DNA from: Podarcis liolepis
Lineage: Eukaryota
Strand: one strand, 5' to 3'
NCBI GenBank assembly: GCA_965112155.1
Contig: OZ218107.1
DNA: 64,000 nucleotides
In this document: in pieces, positions 27,748-40,001 of the stretch
How positions within the stretch are numbered: the first letter of the stretch is position 1
Layout of the letters: each line of letters opens with the position of its first letter
Notes under the pieces: model-generated
Databases searched by the model: none
The model's input: the letters and a program-made list of their open reading frames with translations, nothing else
What the model was told of the DNA's origin: nothing
Position numbers and translations under genes: made by a program

Positions 27748-29283
27748 TTTTTGGGAAGAATAAAAAGGGATCTGTTCATTTTGTTCCTGCCACCTTCATG
27801 CGTGAATGTATTCCAAGACAACGGCGCCAAGATAATGTCCTGCACAAGCATTTTCCTCCTTCAGTTCAATTGAGGCCACAGCCCTGAATGTCCATTCCTT
27901 TGTCTACCGTGTTCCGCCATTTGCAAAGAAGCACATGGAGAAGTTATGGTTCATCACCAGTTATCGAGGTGAAATGTATTCAGTTACCTTGTGCAAACAG
28001 GTTATTGGCTTTGTGTTCATTGACAGACCTTGAAGGACAAGGTGCACTCAAAAACCTATCACTGTGCAGTTAATAATTCTGTCTCTTCTGCAATATCTAC
28101 ACATCAGAAGTGCAGCAGTTTCAAAGTGGAAGTCAGTGCTCCTGACATTAATGGTTGAGGTGTTTTATTCCTTCACCTCTTGATCACGGAAGTGTGATAT
28201 AATTATCCTATATGTGCCTAGTAGTTTAGCATCTTTTGATGCCGAGATGGAGAGTCCATGAATCCCTATAACTTTAAATACAAAGAAATTATAAGAGTGA
28301 ACAATAACACCGAATCTTTAGAAAGAGCCCAAATATAATATAGGGAATGATACACAAGCAAAGATAAATGAGGATGCAGGCACCTCTCCATGTTTTGCAG
28401 GCTGCAGGAAGCACTGTAGACGACCATCAGAAACCCAGGCACTGATTCAGAGAGCAATTCTGAAATGCAACACAATAAATTCAATGGCATGCATCACAAA
28501 TCACAATCAATCAAGACCAAAGTGTTGTTATGCTTGAAAAGCTTTTCTAGGAGACTTGTTCAGCTGTGGTTCTTCAGCTGAAGATCTTTCTTTCTTTCTT
28601 TTTAATTGAGAGGCAACTGCTGCACATTCCCTCCGAAGTGTAGTAAAGAAATGGCAGATGTTCTACCGGCTGATAATTACTCCATAAATTAGAATCAAAT
28701 AATAGCTTTTTAACAATTAGAATAATCATAGTAATTTTAAGGGTGGCTGGAACAAGAATGCTGGCGCCAAGTTTGTGAAATTATACAAAACTGAAATTAA
28801 TATGTGAATAATCTCCGCCATTAATCAAGAAATAAATCCATCTTACTACTGGATTTGCGTTGAGCAGCTAATAACTGCCATCACACTTCCCTAAGCCTAC
28901 AAGCCAAATATAGATAGAAGGGTGATGGATTTTACTTGTCTGAAAGTGACAATTCTCTCCAAAATATCACTAGAACATGCGGTCGGCAGGCTTTTGCTGT
29001 TAGTGGACAGAGCAATCCTTTGGAGGTGGGAGAGTTGGAAGTGAAGGAACTGCCAAGTCCTGCTGGACCCACACCAACAGGATGGAAAGTGTGTGGTGTG
29101 TATGTGTGTGTGATTTTTGTCCATTCTTTTCAGCCTTTTTCTTTTCTTTTCTTTTCTTTTCATCATCATCATATTTATACCCTGCCCATCTGGCTGGGTT
29201 ACCCCAGCTACTCTGGGCAGCTCCCAATAGAAGATCTATTGATGCCAATGGGAGAGAAAATAAACATTCCAGTCTCAGGGGAA

Positions 29284-29757
29284 TCTTCTTCTTTGGCGAT
29301 CACTCATAACCAAGATCGTCTTCCATAAACATGGTCTTAACAGTGAGTGTGACTGTGGAGGCCAATTCTGGATCCACACGTCCTTCCACAGTGGGGACAT
29401 AGATTTCCGGGTGGGAGTTGATCACAGTGAGGGTTTGCCAAGCATGCCTTCCTCTTAGCATGTTTCTCCCTTTCGTCCTGAGTTCAAGCACCTTCAAAGC
29501 ACATGACACCTTTTGTAAAGGCTGTTCTCCAATTGGAGCGCTCACAGGCAAGTGTTTCCCAATTGTTGGTGTTTCTACTACATTTTTAAAGATTTGCCTT
29601 GAGACAGTCTTTAAACCTCTTTTGTTGACCACCGGCATTACGCTTTCCATTTTTAAGTTCGGAATAGAGTAGTTGCTTTGAAAGACGATCATCAGGCATC
29701 TGCACAACATGACCAGTCCAATGAAGCTGATGTTGTGGAATCATTGCTTCGACACTG
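29284..29757 (-). mobile_element. RTE-clade LINE 3' fragment
   Basis: Minus-strand translation gives WTGHVVQMPDDRLSKQLLYSELKNGKRNAGGQQKRFKDCLKANL...WETLACERSNWR, with a (GAA)n tail. Confidence 0.85.
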
Positions 29758-30190
29758 GCGATCTTTGCTCAGGGGAATAGGAGGGCTTTTGATATTGTGA
29801 ATCCAAGACCTCCCCTGATCTGCGCCCCCCCCCCCGCATGCTCCCTTTGTACCACTTACCAGAGAACAGCAGCAATGATGGTGTGCATTTATATACTCGC
29901 AATCGAGAGGCTTTTGAAAGAGACCTTTTTCACTCACTTTCCTCTATAACCTCAGACCTCCAGGACATCCTTGCAGGGATTGCATTTTACATCAGGAAAA
30001 CAAGCAAATCTTTCTACACTGGATTAACTTTGATTGGAAATGTTGGCCACCATCTTAATACGCTCCAATGGAACAACCTCTGCTTCTGTTCCAGATGTTT
30101 AACCAACCCTGGCATCCCTTCTTCCAATACCTGCTGAGTCCTGTCTATGACATCTTTGGGATAACCACCTTTTTCTAGGCTACGTACAGT

Positions 30191-30424
30191 AAGAAGAGAT
30201 TGGATTTGATATCCTGCTTTATCACTACCCGAAAGAGTCTCAAAGCGGCTAAAATCTCCTTTCCCTTCCTCCCCCACAACAAACACTCTGTGAGGTGAGT
30301 GGGGCTGAGAGACTTCAGAGAAGTGTGACTGGCCCAAGGTCACCCAGCAGCTGCATGTGGAGGAGCGGGGAATCGATCCCGGTTTGCCAGATTACGAGTC
30401 CACCACTCTTAACCACTACACCAC
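30191..30424 (-). mobile_element. tRNA-derived squamate SINE
   Basis: Reverse complement of the SINE at 41071-41392 (gtggtgtagtggttaagag A box; ctgggtgaccttgggccagtcac core). Confidence 0.85.
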
Positions 30425-31636
30425 AAGTGGGGAAGCACATTACAGCTGGTCTGGTCGGGATAAGCACCCCTTTTGGATTACACAGCCATGCCTCGAAGGA
30501 CTACACAACCACACCTCTGACAAATTCAGTGGCTCGGTTGCAGAATTGCATCCCTGCTGATGTGCATGTAGGCACGTCAGAACTGCTGGAAACTCAAAAG
30601 CTGCCAAAAAGAAGAAGGAGGTAGCAGCCTTCATTTGAATCTTTATATCCGAGCCCAATATACTGAGTTGAATCCAGACTAAGTTAATTGAATTTCGTTC
30701 CCACTAAAATCAGTGAGCTAAATTGCCCTGTTGATTTCAATAGACCTAAACTCACCTAACTTATTATGAAGCCAACCCATTTACCTCTTAGAATTGCCAT
30801 GAAAAAGAATTTGTATGCACATGAAATATAATGTATTGATGAGATATGAAATCCAGTGGAAATAGCTTGCTGTGAATTCCAGTCTTTGTTCCCTCTTTAT
30901 ACACTCCATTGCCCATTGTTGGTTTTTCCTGAAGGTCTCTTTCTCATAGACCCTCATTAATAATGCCACTTTGTTTCAGAAATAAAATGCAAGGGCAGTT
31001 CTATATGACTTGATTTCCCATGATTGTGTGGCTGGGGTAATTGATTCGGTTTTGCTTTTAATAAATGCCAATCAATTAAAATGAGGGGCGATACGAAATA
31101 TGAAATAAATTGGTGTCTCTGTGCAAACTGCTAATCAATCTTCTTCTTTTTTTAAAAAAATCTGAACTGCCTTTCACTTTGAAAATGAAGGATGTGAGAT
31201 ACATCTAAGTTGATCCAACTGCTATTTAGCAACTTAAGCATCTAAGAGCACTTTTGATAACCTTGGTAAGATGTATTGATTTCTCCATTGATTTTTTAAA
31301 AAGATATACCATCTCTGTGAGAGGACTCTCACAGAGTAGAACGGAATAGCTTATCAAGTGCAAGTTCTAAGCAGTATAACAGGTCTACTCAGAAGTAAGG
31401 CTCATTGAGTTCAGTAGGGCTTTCTGGTAGGTAAATCAGGATTGGATTGAAGTCATAGTACTCCTCTTCTTCACTTGGATAGACACAGATTTCAAAATTC
31501 TAAAATTGTTGAAGTATAAGCCAGTGTGATGATGTGGACAAAATCAATAGTCCTGGATCTAAGGAACCTGGGTTCAAATCATACCATCACCACCAACTCA
31601 TTGCATGTTTTGAGGTGCTGCTGCTGTTGTTGTATT

Positions 31637-31681
<45 letters not shown>

Positions 31682-32119
31682 TTAGAGATTTCTGGTTGCT
31701 AACACCATCATAAAATGTTTTGGTAAAACTAGTTCCTCTTCTAACTGTGCAATTTATCACATGATAGTAGCGTACGCAGACGGTTTTTGAAAAGCCAAAG
31801 AATGCACCATGTCCCTGTGATGTGATGTCTGCAACTCCCACTGATTTTATTGATATTGTGGTTTAGCAAGAACCCCGGGGTATCCGTTTGGACTTTGGAG
31901 CTGCTCCTGCAGGCTCCAGGCTTTTCTAAAGTGGAGGGGTTGAACAGAGCTGGTGGTTTGGCTCTTGCAGCACAGCCCACCTGAAAGTGAACCCGGCTTA
32001 TTTCAGTTGAACTGCTTTCACAAAATAACTCCACTTCAATTATTTTTCTACACTCATGCATGTAGATAGCTAAAACACACACTAAAAGTGTTGGTTCACA
32101 TGCCATGTCTCCTTTTATA

Positions 32120-32277
32120 NNNNNNNNNNNNNNNNNNNNNNNNNNNNNNNNNNNNNNNNNNNNNNNNNNNNNNNNNNNNNNNNNNNNNNNNNNNNNNNNN
32201 NNNNNNNNNNNNNNNNNNNNNNNNNNNNNNNNNNNNNNNNNNNNNNNNNNNNNNNNNNNNNNNNNNNNNNNNNNNNN
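32120..32277. other. Assembly gap (158 N)
   Basis: Run of N bases. Confidence 1.
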
Positions 32278-32411
32278 CTTTGTCCCAATGAATCTCATAC
32301 CCACCCAAAGCCAGACCCTCCAAATGTTCCTATTTTCCAAGGACATCCCTGATTAACGGAAGCCAACCCGGTTTCTAATTTGATTCTGGAATGTCCCACT
32401 TTTCCTTAGGA

Positions 32412-32734
32412 CAGGGGTCAGCAAACTTTTTCAGCAGGGGGCCGGTCCACAGTCCCTCAGACCTTGTGGGGGGCTGGACTATATTTTTTGGGGGGGAAGG
32501 AATAAACCAATTCCTATGCCCCATAAATAACCCAGAGATGCATTTTAAATAAAAGCACACATTCTACTCATGTAAAAAGACCAGGCAGGCCCCACAAATA
32601 ACCCAGAAATGCATTTTAAATAAAAGCATACATTCTACTCATGTAAAAACACTGATTTCCAGACCATCCGCAGGCCGGATTTAGAAGGCGATTGGGCTGG
32701 ATCTGGCCCCTGGGCCTTAGTTTGCCTACCCATG
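32412..32734 (+). mobile_element. hAT-type MITE, family A (with internal ~60-bp duplication)
   Basis: Perfect TSD ccttagga (32404-32411 / 32735-32742); the segment gcccca(c/t)aaataaccc...catgtaaaa is present twice. Confidence 0.9.
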
Positions 32735-34118
32735 CCTTAGGATACCCCTGTTTTCATCAGGGAAATGTTGGAGGGTCTGGAATAGGAGAAATGTTGGAGG
32801 TAAGGAAAGCTACTGATGGAGGGAAACATTCACTGGTGCCAAAGGCAATGTCCACCTTACAGTGAATAGCAGCTGGGGAGGGGGGTTTTCACCAGGACTG
32901 CAGTAAGATGCATCCCTTGGTTCCTGCAATACTGATAGTGAGGTTTCAGTGGCTATTTATGGTTATAGATGGAGACATAGCACTTGAAGTGATTGTGCCT
33001 AATTTGGCCCCCAGAGGCTTCCTTCCGCCTGCAAAGGTGTTTTGCTTTGTAACTTCAATGGAGGGGGAAGTTCTGTGCAATCATCCCTTTGCCTATATTA
33101 ATGAATAAAACCATTAATATACTGCTTAATGCCAAAGCTGGCTTCTAAGTGGTTACAAGGTATAAAATAAAAAAACACACCTGTTACACAGACCTTAAAA
33201 TGTAAGCATCCATAATTAAACAACCCCATTAAAACATTAAAATAGAAGCATCCACAATTAAAAGGCAGGATAAAGCAATCCCATTAAATCAATACAGCAA
33301 TTAAAACAGGAGATTCGGGTTGAGAGAGATGGGCTCTGTATAAAAAGGAACAAGCCAAATTAGACACGCATGGATAGGATTGCTCATGGTTGTTGCCTTT
33401 TCTTAAAAAAAAATAAAAATCAAAGCAGTCATGAGTTGAATGATTTGGATTGAGGCTGCAGCATTGAGGGATGGAGAATGAACCATTTCTGCTCTGCTGT
33501 CCTCCTCCCCATGCTGGTATTTGTCACATTCAGCTCCTCTCCAAACCTCAGCAATCAGAGGGAGCAATCAGTAGAGTCCTGTATCTCCCCTTGTGGCTGT
33601 TTTGCACACTCTGTTCCTCCCTTTTTGTCACCCAGTGATGAATGCACATGTGTGAAGACACCTTAAATGGTACAAAAGATATGAAGGTTCCCCATCGTCA
33701 GTGCAAAGCACAGCAAGGAAAGATTGCAGAAGTCCAACGAACAGGGAATTCAATGCACTGAAAGCACAAACTCTCTGGCCTAATGGAACCCTCTGGGGCG
33801 CTTCATGTATCGCAGGTTTCACGCATGCACAGAAAACCAGGGTCATTCATGCAGCAGGCACAGCTTTGCAAGCACACAAATTAAACGTCGACAAGCTGGC
33901 ATTGGACACAGTTTCCTTGCCACCATGGCATGGACTCATGATGGTAAGCATGTAAAGTCTGCAAAGCAACCCTAATTATGTGGTATTCGGGGGGCGTATA
34001 TCTGAACTGTGCACATATGGGAAAACAGTGTGTTGTCATTATTAGTTTCAAAGTGTTTAATTTAAATATTGAGAATGACCTAAAACAGATGCCGTTAAAC
34101 CAGTTCAATAACCTACTA

Positions 34119-34136
34119 ACCACTAGGTGGCACCAA
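34119..34136 (+). promoter_or_regulatory. Candidate CTCF binding site
   Basis: ACCACTAGGTGGCACCA closely matches the CTCF core CCASYAGRKGGCRS and lies in unique AT-rich DNA. Confidence 0.5.
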
Positions 34137-34532
34137 ATAGCTATTATTGATAGAATGTCCTTCAAAGGTTTAAGGTATACATTGTACATACATACATGGT
34201 GTCATCCCTGAAGATTCATTTATATTCATATTTCACTTACAATCAAAGCCTACTTTTTATTTTAAAATGCTTCAAGTTGGAAACAACTGACAACCACATG
34301 AGCCCATATTAGTGTAGATATCTGCTTTGAGATTCTTTTCTTAAAAATATGAACTGGTTTAGACATAATAATGACAATAATATTAGCGTGCATTAGTATA
34401 CATTGCAAAGAAACAGAAGATTATGTGCATTCTATTGTTGAAAATCATATGAGAATAGTTGTGCATCATATTTTTAAAGATGAAGTCATATATTTTTTAA
34501 AAAAACACATTCCACAGGCAAATACTGCTCTC

Positions 34533-34565
<33 letters not shown>

Positions 34566-35987
34566 GCAATTGTAGTATTTTGGTGACTGAAATTAAGGAG
34601 TTACGTTAAATAAACAAAACAGAAGCTACAAAAAAAAGTCCAAAGTCCAATGCCAGCTATATCTACTCAAAAGTAAGTCCCACTGTGTCCAATTGGGCTT
34701 ACACACTAGTAACTGTCTTTAGGACTGAAGCCTAACAGTGTGGTTTTCTACAGCACTAGTGGGGAAACCTTTCTCAGTGCCCAGAAATTTTGAGAAGTGT
34801 TGTGTTGGTGGGGAATATACTTTGAGTGTACTTCAGAGGTATTGTGTGTACACAGCCTAGCCTCTGAATACATGTACATAAAATTGTAGCCTAAGTCTGA
34901 TTGATCTGTTGTAAGTGTTTTCTGCCGTAATGAACTTTGTAATTATTGCAGGTTTCAGCAAAGTTATGGCATGCCATTATATTCAGCAGTTTACAACACA
35001 GTTTGCAAATATCAAGTGATCTTTTGGGGGAGGGAGTGGATTATCCTTCTCATTGAAACGGCGGGGGTTGTTTTTAATCGTCATATAGATTTTATGAAAT
35101 AAGTAAATAATACATTGGGAAGCATCAGAAAGGAAGGACAAAGCTCTCCGAGTGAAACATGAGAAACAACATGGTGGGAAGGTTTTAATGTGGCTGTGAC
35201 ATATACATTGTATATTGTAAACTTTGGAAAGTTGGGAAACTTAGAAGAGTGGAACTAAAAAGTGCTGTTACCGAATGACAAGTCAGTTCATAATAAATTC
35301 TCTCTTATCCATGACTTAATGGTGAATGAGGAGGCTTGCCTGACACTGACCTAGCTGAGTTGGTCTCTTCCAGCTGTGCCAATCTGGATGGCCTCTTCAG
35401 CACCAGTTTAGACTCAGAAGGTGTAGGTGGATGAAGTCTTTAGGAATTCAATTTGACTGGCGCAGCTGGGATGGCTCAGGACTTCACAGCTTGCCATGGC
35501 AACCACAGAGTTGCTCTTGATTTGGTTTACTAGGGAAAAAATAAGTTGGCCTGAAAATAGAGGATTTCACATCTCTTTTCTTGTCATGATTACTCAGAGT
35601 GTTTCCTACTGGTGTCTAGGTTCACAGTTACTGTTCTCTCTAAGGATGGAGGACCTATTAGAATGGTCCACCCCTGGAAACTAGTGGATTTCTGAGGGCT
35701 CTGAGGGATTTTCCAGGTGATATGACCATACAATGCAGAAATGACTCTGGCGGTTGACAAGGTTGCATCCAACTGCTCTCACCCACTGAGCAGAGTCCAT
35801 TCTTCTGTGCTGAGGAAAGTAAACTTAGAATGCAAGCAGAGAAAATCTTGCAATCAGTCTGATCAAAGACACAAGGAATATCATTCTAGTGCCATGTTTC
35901 ACTTATTTTGCATTGTGTTTTAAACTGCTATTTCTTTTCTGAGATGGGCCCAGATATATCATTGTTCTAGGGAAGCCTATAAATAAT

Positions 35988-36017
<30 letters not shown>

Positions 36018-36022
<5 letters not shown>

Positions 36023-38046
36023 GGTTTTGGTGTCCTCGGGTGTCTTCCCGTGTAAAAGTTGGGGTGTCTAGGCGACGTTTCGACGAGGTCTCACTCGTCA
36101 TCTTCAGGCTGGTGCTTTCGGCTTCTTGTTACTGGAACAGAGCGGGATCTCAGTGTTTGAGTTCCTATAAATACTGTAGAGGGGTGTGGTGTATTGCCTC
36201 AAAAGTTCTGGGCAGAGGGGAAGTTCCCAGGCTAGTGTTCTTTTCTTCTTTTGTTCCTTAATTACTTGAGGGATATCTTGAGTGATTTCTTGAGTGATAT
36301 TCTGAGTACCACTTAGGTGGGTCATTAGGTGTGGATTAGTTGCTAAAGCCTTCGTGTCTTGACCTCTTGAATTTGTGAAGAGTTTTTCTGGGAAGATGGC
36401 TGTACTGCACTTAGTTGTGCTTTGGCTTGGCTTCGTGTATAGGGGCGAGCTGTGGTTTTGTGCCCTGTGCCAGCCAGATCTGTGTAGGGATTGCAGGGGG
36501 GTGCAGCATCCGGAGGTGCCACTATGGTTTGGTTACTGGATGGTGTCTGTAATTTATCTGTGGAGAGGGTCTGGGTTTGGGTCTGGTGTGGTTGATTGGT
36601 GGTGGCGTTCTGTGTGCCTCTGGATCTGGTGTCGGTTTTTGTGGGGAGGGCTAATTTCCAGATGTCTGGCAGGCGGGACGTGTCGTCACGCTTGTTCATG
36701 TTGTGAGGGTGTTTCTCTATCTCGATGGCTTCCATGATTATTCTCTTGTGGTGATGTTCCATGTTAAAGAGCAATTTGGAATCTGCAAAATTAATTTCGT
36801 GTCCTGTTTCTTTCATGTGTTGGAAAAGAGAAGAAGATTTTTCTTCTTTTTTGACGGCATTCTTGTGTTCTGCGATACGTGCATTTATTCGTCTGTTTGT
36901 TTGTCCAATGTACGTGGCTGGGCAGACTTTGCAGGGTATTTCATAGACCCCTTGGTTTTCCAACTGGATTTTATCTTTGGGGTTTCTGAGGATATTGGCT
37001 ATTTTTTGGTTGGTGCAAAAGGCTGTTTTGATATTGTGTTTATGGAGGATTTTGCTAATTTTATCTGTAGTGCCCTTGATATAAGGAAGGAGGGCCATGC
37101 CATTGTTTTCTTCCGTGTCTTGGTTTTTGGGGGGTGTTTCTTTTTGGATTAGCTTCTTAACCCTGTTTTGCTGGTATCCATTGGCGATTAACACATTTGA
37201 GAGATTCTGTAACTCAGTTGTCAAGTGGTCTTTGTCAGCCAGGCGTTTGGTTCTGGAGATGAGGGTCTTGGCTACGGAGTTTATTTGTGCAGGGTGGTGG
37301 TGTGATTGAGCATGTAAGTAGCGGTTGGTGTGTGTTTTTTTCCGGTAGATAGTGTGTCCTAGGGAGCCATCAGGATTTTTTGTAGATTAGGACGTCAAGG
37401 AAGGGAAGCTGGTTGTTGGCTTCTATTTCCATAGTGAATTGTATTTTGGGGTGTAGGCTGTTGAGATGTGTGAGGAAGCTATCTAGTTTTTCTTTCCCGT
37501 GTGGCCAAATTACAAAGGTGTCATCAACATATCTGAGCCAAAGTTTGGGTTTGTGTTCTGACTTGTCTAAAGCATTGGTTTCAAAGTGTTCCATGTACAG
37601 ATTTGCGATGACCGGTGAGAGGGGTGATCCCATAGGTGCTCCTTCTATCTGTTTGTATCTTTGTCCATTGTGGATGAAGTACGTGTTGGTTAGGCAGTGG
37701 TTGGTCAGGTCCAGGATGTATTCGGGGGGATTGTATTTGTTTTGAATGGCTGTCAAGGCTTCATTAATGGGCACTTGTGTGAAGAGAGATACAACATCGA
37801 AGCTCACAAGTAGGTCATCGGGATGTAGGTTTTGCTTCTTTATTGTTTCTATGAACTGGAAGGAGTTTGTAACGTGTGAAGAGATGGATTCTGCATAGGG
37901 CTGAAGTTGCTTAGCGAGAAATTTAGCGAGATTTTGTAGAGGTGAGCCTATGGAGCTGACTATTGGTCTGAGTGGTGTTCCTTCTTTGTGTATCTTGGGG
38001 AGGCCGTAGAGTTTGGGGCATCTGGATGATTTTTCTCTGGGGATGA
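36018..38046 (-). mobile_element. Penelope-like retroelement (RT + GIY-YIG), 5'-truncated, left arm; one 1-bp frameshift
   Basis: ORF 37370-38083 (LYGLPKIHK..PLRPIVS, SFDVVSLFT, GAPMGSPLSP, RYVDD) and ORF 36343-37224 (GVYEIPC..C..TYIGQT) are split by an extra base at 37375. The 3' end abuts (TA)n at 35991-36019. Confidence 0.95.
36067..36114 (-). ncRNA. Minimal type I hammerhead ribozyme (mirror copy in the left arm)
   Basis: Exact reverse complement of 39875-39922 (ggcgacgtttcgacgaggtctcactcgtcatcttcagg on the + strand). Confidence 0.8.
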
Positions 38047-38053
38047 AATCTCG

Positions 38054-39996
38054 CAAAATCTCGCTAAATTTCTCGCTAAGCAACTTCAGCCCTATGCAGA
38101 ATCCATCTCTTCACACGTTACAAACTCCTTCCAGTTCATAGAAACAATAAAGAAGCAAAACCTACATCCCGATGACCTACTTGTGAGCTTCGATGTTGTA
38201 TCTCTCTTCACACAAGTGCCCATTAATGAAGCCTTGACAGCCATTCAAAACAAATACAATCCCCCCGAATACATCCTGGACCTGACCAACCACTGCCTAA
38301 CCAACACGTACTTCATCCACAATGGACAAAGATACAAACAGATAGAAGGAGCACCTATGGGATCACCCCTCTCACCGGTCATCGCAAATCTGTACATGGA
38401 ACACTTTGAAACCAATGCTTTAGACAAGTCAGAACACAAACCCAAACTTTGGCTCAGATATGTTGATGACACCTTTGTAATTTGGCCACACGGGAAAGAA
38501 AAACTAGATAGCTTCCTCACACATCTCAACAGCCTACACCCCAAAATACAATTCACTATGGAAATAGAAGCCAACAACCAGCTTCCCTTCCTTGACGTCC
38601 TAATCTACAAAAAACCTGATGGCTCCCTAGGACACACTATCTACCGGAAAAAAACACACACCAACCGCTACTTACATGCTCAATCACACCACCACCCTGC
38701 ACAAATAAACTCCGTAGCCAAGACCCTCATCTCCAGAACCAAACGCCTGGCTGACAAAGACCACTTGACAACTGAGTTACAGAATCTCTCAAATGTGTTA
38801 ATCGCCAATGGATACCAGCAAAACAGGGTTAAGAAGCTAATCCAAAAAGAAACACCCCCCAAAAACCAAGACACGGAAGAAAACAATGGCATGGCCCTCC
38901 TTCCTTATATCAAGGGCACTACAGATAAAATTAGCAAAATCCTCCATAAACACAATATCAAAACAGCCTTTTGCACCAACCAAAAAATAGCCAATATCCT
39001 CAGAAACCCCAAAGATAAAATCCAGTTGGAAAACCAAGGGGTCTATGAAATACCCTGCAAAGTCTGCCCAGCCACGTACATTGGACAAACAAACAGACGA
39101 ATAAATGCACGTATCGCAGAACACAAGAATGCCGTCAAAAAAGAAGAAAAATCTTCTTCTCTTTTCCAACACATGAAAGAAACAGGACACGAAATTAATT
39201 TTGCAGATTCCAAATTGCTCTTTAACATGGAACATCACCACAAGAGAATAATCATGGAAGCCATCGAGATAGAGAAACACCCTCACAACATGAACAAGCG
39301 TGACGACACGTCCCGCCTGCCAGACATCTGGAAATTAGCCCTCCCCACAAAAACCGACACCAGATCCAGAGGCACACAGAACGCCACCACCAATCAACCA
39401 CACCAGACCCAAACCCAGACCCTCTCCACAGATAAATTACAGACACCATCCAGTAACCAAACCATAGTGGCACCTCCGGATGCTGCACCCCCCTGCAATC
39501 CCTACACAGATCTGGCTGGCACAGGGCACAAAACCACAGCTCGCCCCTATACACGAAGCCAAGCCAAAGCACAACTAAGTGCAGTACAGCCATCTTCCCA
39601 GAAAAACTCTTCACAAATTCAAGAGGTCAAGACACGAAGGCTTTAGCAACTAATCCACACCTAATGACCCACCTAAGTGGTACTCAGAATATCACTCAAG
39701 AAATCACTCAAGATATCCCTCAAGTAATTAAGGAACAAAAGAAGAAAAGAACACTAGCCTGGGAACTTCCCCTCTGCCCAGAACTTTTGAGGCAATACAC
39801 CACACCCCTCTACAGTATTTATAGGAACTCAAACACTGAGATCCCGCTCTGTTCCAGTAACAAGAAGCCGAAAGCACCAGCCTGAAGATGACGAGTGAGA
39901 CCTCGTCGAAACGTCGCCTAGACACCCCAACTTTTACACGGGAAGACACCCGAGGACACCAAAACCTGCATTCCTGTACCCGTGAAAATCTACGAA

Positions 39997-40001
<5 letters not shown>
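38054..40001 (+). mobile_element. Penelope-like retroelement (RT + GIY-YIG), 5'-truncated, right arm; open frame to 39646
   Basis: Uninterrupted frame from 38054 (QNLAKFLAKQL...) to the stop at 39646, with RT motifs (YVDD) and a GIY-YIG endonuclease. The 3' UTR/pLTR region follows and ends in (AT)n at 40002-40032. Confidence 0.95.
39875..39922 (+). ncRNA. Minimal type I hammerhead ribozyme in the Penelope 3' region
   Basis: CUGAAGA core (39882-39888), extra U, stem II GACGAG/CUCGUC with a 6-nt loop, GAAA (39908-39911), palindromic short stem III ACGU and a GUC triplet. Predicted cleavage is after C39915. Minimal hammerheads are an established feature of Penelope-like elements. Confidence 0.8.

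Noticed and set aside
31741-32356. ORFs spanning 31.7-32.4 kb
   Set aside because: Artefacts of reading through the N gap.
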